A stretch of 64,000 bases of DNA from an uncultured Desulfospira sp. GTDB taxonomy: Bacteria > Desulfobacterota > Desulfobacteria > Desulfobacterales > Desulfobacteraceae. The stretch covers positions 4,576,001-4,640,000 of the forward strand of contig OY760175.1 in the NCBI GenBank assembly GCA_963663165.1. The letters are read 5' to 3'. A program made the translations under genes and the position numbers. Shown here in pieces: positions 59,013-64,000 of the stretch. The first letter of the stretch is position 1. Every line of letters begins with the position of its first letter. Below the pieces are notes generated by a model, which was given only the letters and a program-made list of their open reading frames with translations, had not been told where the DNA came from and made no database searches.

Positions 59013-60743
59013 ATGTTGAAAAAATTGACCATTAAACACCGCATGTATTTGATCTTAATTCTGATTGTCCTGATGTTTGGGGTCATGGTCTATTTTTCCA
59101 TGGCAAACAGCAATAAGATCCGGGATCTTGCCCTGGTGAATACGGGCGCTGTTATGCTGGAAGGGCAGAAGGGGAAATTGAAGCTGGCGGTTGAATCCCT
59201 GGCCGTGGCCATAGGGAAAAGTGTTGAAAATATAAGCGATCATGATGAGCGGGTTGAAAAAATCAGAAAAGAGCTTGATGATATCCGGTATGAAGAAGAT
59301 AAGTCCGGTTACTTCTTTGTTTACCAGGAAACAAAAAATATTGCCTACCCGGTGGCCAAAGAAAAAGAAGGCAAGGATTTTTACGAGGTCAAAGACAAGA
59401 ACGGGGTCTATGTGATCCGGGAGTTGTATAAACAGGCCAAGGCCGGGGGCGGATATGTTACTTACATCTGGCCTAAGCCGGGCACGGGGGACGCCCCTAA
59501 ATTAAGCTACTCCGTATGGATACCCGGAACAAAATTCTGGATTGGCACCGGGGTCTATATTGATAACATAGACACTCAGAAGGCGGCTTTGAGCAATGAA
59601 ATCGGCGGCCGCGCAAAATCCATGCTCATGGGAATGATCGGGATTTCAGGCATTATTTTTGTCATCATTATTGCCCTGGTTGTTTTGATCGTCGTCGGGA
59701 TTTCCCGGGGGCTGTGGCAAATGATAGAAAATGTGAAGGATATTGCCCAGGGCGAGGGGGATTTAACCAAGCGGCTCAAGATAAAGTCCGGGGACGAGCT
59801 CGGCGAACTGGCCAAGTGGTTTAATACGTTTCTGGACAAGCTTCAGGATATCATCCGGCAACTGGCCAAAGAATCAGCCGGCGTTGGCCAGGCATCTACT
59901 CAATTGAGTGAAATTGCCGAGGTAATGACCAAAAGTATCCAGGAGACATCCAGCCAGGCAGACCGGGTGGCCCAGTCTACAGAAGAGATGAGCGGCACTT
60001 TAAGGAGTGTGGCGGCGGCCATGGATGAATCCTCAAACAACGCCAATATTGTCGCCTCTGCATCCGAGGAAATGAATTCAACCATTGGTGAGATCTCCTC
60101 AAATGCGGAAAAAACCAGGGCAATTTCAGAAGATGCCGCCAATAAAACCATTGAGGCCGGTGAAAAAATGGAATCTCTGAACGAAGCGGCCAGATCCATC
60201 GGACAGATTACCGAAACCATCACCGATATATCCAATCAGACCAACCTGCTGGCCCTTAACGCCACCATTGAGGCGGCCAGGGCCGGGGAAGCCGGAAAGG
60301 GGTTTGCGGTTGTTGCCGGGGAAATTAAAGACCTGGCCAACCAGACTGCCAATGCCACAGAGGATATCAAGGCCCAGATTGAGAATGTGCAGAATGTGTC
60401 CACCTCTTCCATTCAGTCCATTAAAGAAGTCATTAATGTTATTAACAGTGCCAAGGAAATGGTGTCAACCATTGCGGCCGCCGTTTCACAGCAGTCGTCG
60501 GCAACTCAGGAGATTTCCAGCAATATTGAACAGCTTTCCCTTGGGATCCAGGAGGTCAATGAGAATGTGGGCCGAAGCTCTGAGGTGTCTACCCAGATTT
60601 CTGAAGAAATTGACCGGATTAATGCTTCGTCTACGGAGATGCTCAACACCAGCGCCACCGTCAAAAATTCCTCAGCTGAAATGAGTGCGCTTGCGGAAAA
60701 CCTTAAAAAGATTGTGGATTCATTCATTATTGAGTCAAAATAG
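59013..60743 (+). CDS. Methyl-accepting chemotaxis protein (Cache + HAMP)
   Basis: [40 protein letters not shown]; alternative start GTG 59007. Confidence 0.96.
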   Translation: MLKKLTIKHRMYLILILIVLMFGVMVYFSMANSNKIRDLALVNTGAVMLEGQKGKLKLAVESLAVAIGKSVENISDHDERVEKIRKELDDIRYEEDKSGYFFVYQETKNIAYPVAKEKEGKDFYEVKDKNGVYVIRELYKQAKAGGGYVTYIWPKPGTGDAPKLSYSVWIPGTKFWIGTGVYIDNIDTQKAALSNEIGGRAKSMLMGMIGISGIIFVIIIALVVLIVVGISRGLWQMIENVKDIAQGEGDLTKRLKIKSGDELGELAKWFNTFLDKLQDIIRQLAKESAGVGQASTQLSEIAEVMTKSIQETSSQADRVAQSTEEMSGTLRSVAAAMDESSNNANIVASASEEMNSTIGEISSNAEKTRAISEDAANKTIEAGEKMESLNEAARSIGQITETITDISNQTNLLALNATIEAARAGEAGKGFAVVAGEIKDLANQTANATEDIKAQIENVQNVSTSSIQSIKEVINVINSAKEMVSTIAAAVSQQSSATQEISSNIEQLSLGIQEVNENVGRSSEVSTQISEEIDRINASSTEMLNTSATVKNSSAEMSALAENLKKIVDSFIIESK

Positions 60744-60899
60744 CGTTTAATTCCCACAGGCCTTTGGCCGGCGGCTTGTTTTTTTGGTGAAATCCAGGGA
60801 TTTTGGTTTACTTGAGTGGCTATAAATGGTAAAAATTTCCAAGATTTATATGGTGGATTGCGAAAGCCAGGTACTCAAGCTCAATGAGGTGAATTTATT

Positions 60900-61055
60900 A
60901 TGGATATCCCAAGGAAATTAGGCATCTTGATTTACACGGCGGTTCCGGCCATTGTGGGCGGGGGCATTGTATATCATTTTTTTGGCAGTTTTGTTCAGGT
61001 CATTATTTTTGAAGTCCTTTTGATTCTGGCTGCGTTAGGTGTCATCAGCAGCTAA
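60900..61055 (+). CDS. Small 51-aa two-TM membrane protein (below the ORF track cut-off)
   Basis: GAGGTGA RBS; MDIPRKLGILIYTAVPAIVGGGIVYHFFGSFVQVIIFEVLLILAALGVISS. Confidence 0.7.
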   Translation: MDIPRKLGILIYTAVPAIVGGGIVYHFFGSFVQVIIFEVLLILAALGVISS

Positions 61056-61188
61056 ACGCCGGACGACAGGACATTCAACTTTATTCTAAAGCTTATGTGA
61101 AGCCGTATCTGTGCAGGCTGTCTGCACGTTACGGCTTTGCATGGTTTTTTGCCTTAAGGGTTTTTCACCCTATGCCAGTGGTGACAGT

Positions 61189-62340
61189 TTGGAAGAAAAA
61201 CAGAATATTATAAAAAGAGCGGTATTTTTCTTTTTTCTGGTTCTGTTTTGCATATCCATTCTTCTGGTGGGCAAACTGATTGCCCCATTTTTTGCCAGTA
61301 TTATCCTGGGGGTCGTCACCACGGGTATTTTTATGCCGGTTTTCGGCAAGTTCAGGAAACGGATTTCTTCCAGGGCCGCTGCCGTACTCACGTGTTTGAT
61401 CATCTTTTTTACAGTGTTTATTCCGGCATTGTTTTTTGTGGGGGTTCTGTCAAGAGAGGCCTTAGGCCTTTACAGCATGGCCCGGGATGCCGTTTTTTCC
61501 AAACAGCTGATTGACCTTTTGGAAAATACCAAGGCCCTGGTGAAGCTCAATGAACTGTTATTACAGGCCGGGATTGAACAGACCATCTCCTGGAACGAAC
61601 TTATTGAGCCCATATCGGAGGTAGGGAAGGTGGTGGGATTTTCCCTGTTTCAGCAGGCCAAGTTCGTAACCTCCAACCTGCTGGGCCTGGTGTTTTATTT
61701 TTGCCTGATGATCATTGTCTGTTTTTACATGTTTATGGATGGAGAAAAATTTAAATTGTATTTGTATGACCTGTCCCCTCTCCAGGATGAACATGACCAG
61801 CAGTTGTTCAACAAGTTCAATGATATGGCCGGCGCCGTCCTCATTGGAAACGGACTGGGCGGTGTGATCCAGGGCGTTGCCGGGGGATTGCTGTTTTGGT
61901 TTCTCGGGCTGAATTCCCCGTTTTTATGGGGGGTGATCATGGGGTTTCTGGCCTTTCTGCCCATTGTGGGCATCGGGGTGGTGTTGATCCCGACGGCCAT
62001 ATTTTTTATTTTGAAAAAACATATTGTGATGGGTGTTTTTGTCTTTGTCTTTTACGGGGTCCTTTCCTGGGGCGTAGAGTATATTTTTAAACCCAAACTG
62101 GTGGGGGACCGGGTGGCCATGCATCCCCTGGTGGTCTTTTTTGCCATTATCGGGGGGCTGAAAATTTACGGAATTTTAGGCATTATTTATGGCCCGCTGA
62201 TTGCCACCCTGTTTTTGACCCTGGCCGATATTTATTTTTCAACCTTTCAGTCCATGGTTGAACCGGCCAAACAGATCGGTCATCAAAAAGAAAATCATTC
62301 AGTAGAATTAATCAAGTCCGACAAGGGACTATCAAATTAA
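61189..62340 (+). CDS. AI-2E (PerM/YdiK) family transporter
   Basis: Multi-TM, FLPIVG, KPKLVG..MHPLVVFFAIIGGL..YG..GIIYGPLI; start uncertain (TTG 61189 vs 61111). Confidence 0.92.
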   Translation: MEEKQNIIKRAVFFFFLVLFCISILLVGKLIAPFFASIILGVVTTGIFMPVFGKFRKRISSRAAAVLTCLIIFFTVFIPALFFVGVLSREALGLYSMARDAVFSKQLIDLLENTKALVKLNELLLQAGIEQTISWNELIEPISEVGKVVGFSLFQQAKFVTSNLLGLVFYFCLMIIVCFYMFMDGEKFKLYLYDLSPLQDEHDQQLFNKFNDMAGAVLIGNGLGGVIQGVAGGLLFWFLGLNSPFLWGVIMGFLAFLPIVGIGVVLIPTAIFFILKKHIVMGVFVFVFYGVLSWGVEYIFKPKLVGDRVAMHPLVVFFAIIGGLKIYGILGIIYGPLIATLFLTLADIYFSTFQSMVEPAKQIGHQKENHSVELIKSDKGLSN

Positions 62341-62358
62341 TCTGGAGTAAAAAGTTCA

Positions 62359-64000
62359 ATGAGTGAGAGCCATGTAACCAGCATCGAGAAGGAAATGAAA
62401 CAGTCCTATCTCGAATATGCCATGAGCGTGATCATCGGACGGGCGCTGCCCGATGTCAGGGACGGCTTGAAACCGGTTCACCGGCGGGTGCTGTATGCCA
62501 TGCAGCAGCTGCGCAATGACTGGAACAAACCCTATAAAAAGTCTGCCCGTATTGTGGGTGACGTGATTGGTAAATATCATCCCCACGGGGATTCTGCCGT
62601 CTATGACACCATTGTCCGGATGGCCCAGGATTTTTCGTTACGGTACACCTTAGTGGACGGCCAGGGCAACTTCGGGTCTGTGGACGGGGACTCGCCGGCG
62701 GCCATGAGGTACACGGAAATCCGGATGAGCAAACTCGCCCATCAGATGCTGGCGGATCTTGAAAAAGAAACCGTTGATTTTCTCCCCAATTACGATGAAA
62801 CCCTGGAGGAACCGGCGGTACTGCCCACCAAATTCCCAGCCCTGCTGGTGAACGGCTCTTCCGGTATTGCCGTAGGCATGACCACCAATATCCCGCCCCA
62901 TAATGTCAATGAAGTCATAAACGGTTTAAAGGCCCTGATTGATCAGCCGGACATGGGGATCAGAGATCTCATGGCGTATATCCCGGGGCCTGATTTCCCC
63001 ACATACGGCCATATCTACGGGACCAAGGGGATTTATGAAGCCTACAACTCCGGCCGGGGCATCATTACCTTAAGGGCAAAGACCGAAGTCGAAGAAAATA
63101 AAAAAACCGGCCGGGATACCATTGTGGTGACCGAGCTGCCCTACCAGGTTAACAAGGCCAAGTTAGTGGAAAAAATTGCTGAGCTGATCCGTGAAAAGGT
63201 GATCACGGGCGCTTCTTATGTCAGGGATGAATCCGACCGCCAGGGCATGCGCGTTGCCATCGGCCTTAAGCGGGACCAGTTTCCGGAAGTGGTGATCAAT
63301 CAGCTGTATAAACATACCAACATGCAGACCAGTTTCGGTATTATCTTCCTGGCCGTGGTCAACAACCGGCCGGAGCTGCTTACGCTTAAAGACATTCTTA
63401 ACCACTTTATCGAGCACCGGAAAACCGTTATTCTGCGGCGGACCCGGTATGACCTGAACAAAGCCGAGGAACGGGCCCACATCCTGGAAGGGCTCAAGAT
63501 CGCCCTGGACAACCTCGATGAGGTGGTGGCCCTGATCCGGGCGTCCAATTCTCCGGAGGAAGCCAGGGAAGGCTTGGTGAAAACCTTTAACTTGAGTGTG
63601 ATCCAGGCCCAGGCCATTCTGGACATGCGGCTTCAAAGGCTTACCGGCCTGGAAAGGGAAAAGATCACCCTGGAATACGAAGAGCTGCTCAAGTCCATTG
63701 CCTGGTTCAAGGAAATTCTTTCCAGTGAAGCCGTGGTCCGTGGCCTGATAAAAGATGAACTCAATGAATTTTCAGAAGAATTCGGGGATGAACGGCGGAC
63801 CCGGATTATGGAGACCACCGCCGATATCAGCATGGAAGACCTGATTGCTGAAGAAGACATGGTGGTCACCGTTACCCGAAGCGGTTATATTAAACGCAAT
63901 CCCGTGTCCCTTTATGCCAGCCAGCACCGGGGCGGCAAGGGCAAAACCGCCATGGGAACCAAATCCGATGATTTTGTGGAACATCTGTTTGTGGCCTCTA
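62359..64000 (+). CDS. gyrA: DNA gyrase subunit A, 5' part (runs off window)
   Basis: [44 protein letters not shown], GyrA-box-like QHRGGKG. Confidence 0.97.
   Translation, partial: MSESHVTSIEKEMKQSYLEYAMSVIIGRALPDVRDGLKPVHRRVLYAMQQLRNDWNKPYKKSARIVGDVIGKYHPHGDSAVYDTIVRMAQDFSLRYTLVDGQGNFGSVDGDSPAAMRYTEIRMSKLAHQMLADLEKETVDFLPNYDETLEEPAVLPTKFPALLVNGSSGIAVGMTTNIPPHNVNEVINGLKALIDQPDMGIRDLMAYIPGPDFPTYGHIYGTKGIYEAYNSGRGIITLRAKTEVEENKKTGRDTIVVTELPYQVNKAKLVEKIAELIREKVITGASYVRDESDRQGMRVAIGLKRDQFPEVVINQLYKHTNMQTSFGIIFLAVVNNRPELLTLKDILNHFIEHRKTVILRRTRYDLNKAEERAHILEGLKIALDNLDEVVALIRASNSPEEAREGLVKTFNLSVIQAQAILDMRLQRLTGLEREKITLEYEELLKSIAWFKEILSSEAVVRGLIKDELNEFSEEFGDERRTRIMETTADISMEDLIAEEDMVVTVTRSGYIKRNPVSLYASQHRGGKGKTAMGTKSDDFVEHLFVAS

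Overview
A 64-kb chromosomal segment from an anaerobic deltaproteobacterium. The gene content resembles Desulfobacteraceae-type sulfate reducers, but that taxonomy is inferred only. In order: an ABC transporter with a double-cubane-cluster reductase (DCCP) and its activase; five PEP-CTERM/VPLPA-CTERM surface proteins around rubrerythrin and ferredoxin; and a divergent signalling module. That module has a giant pseudokinase-ATPase-GAF-histidine kinase, a NarL regulator, a His-less kinase paralogue and an HTH-less receiver. Next come a pentaheme cytochrome, a [NiFeSe] hydrogenase with a recoded UGA, and a sigma54 two-component system followed by a probable sigma54-dependent noncoding RNA. Then sat-cysC, an epimerase, the orange-protein (orp) cluster, DAHP synthase with a Tyr/Phe/Trp leader-peptide attenuator, and a PHP-glycosyltransferase with a radical SAM gene. 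A 2-kb mobile-element scar holds a group IIC intron end, truncated mazF, an IS91-like fragment split by a 92-bp element and a 56-bp perfect palindrome. The rest has a membrane-anchored reductive-dehalogenase-like gene, housekeeping and transport genes, a CUG-repeat transcript candidate with its own promoter and terminator, hybrid kinase/HD-GYP/MCP signalling genes and the 5' part of gyrA. I saw no rRNA, tRNA or CRISPR array. All calls come from reading motifs by eye; no searches were run.
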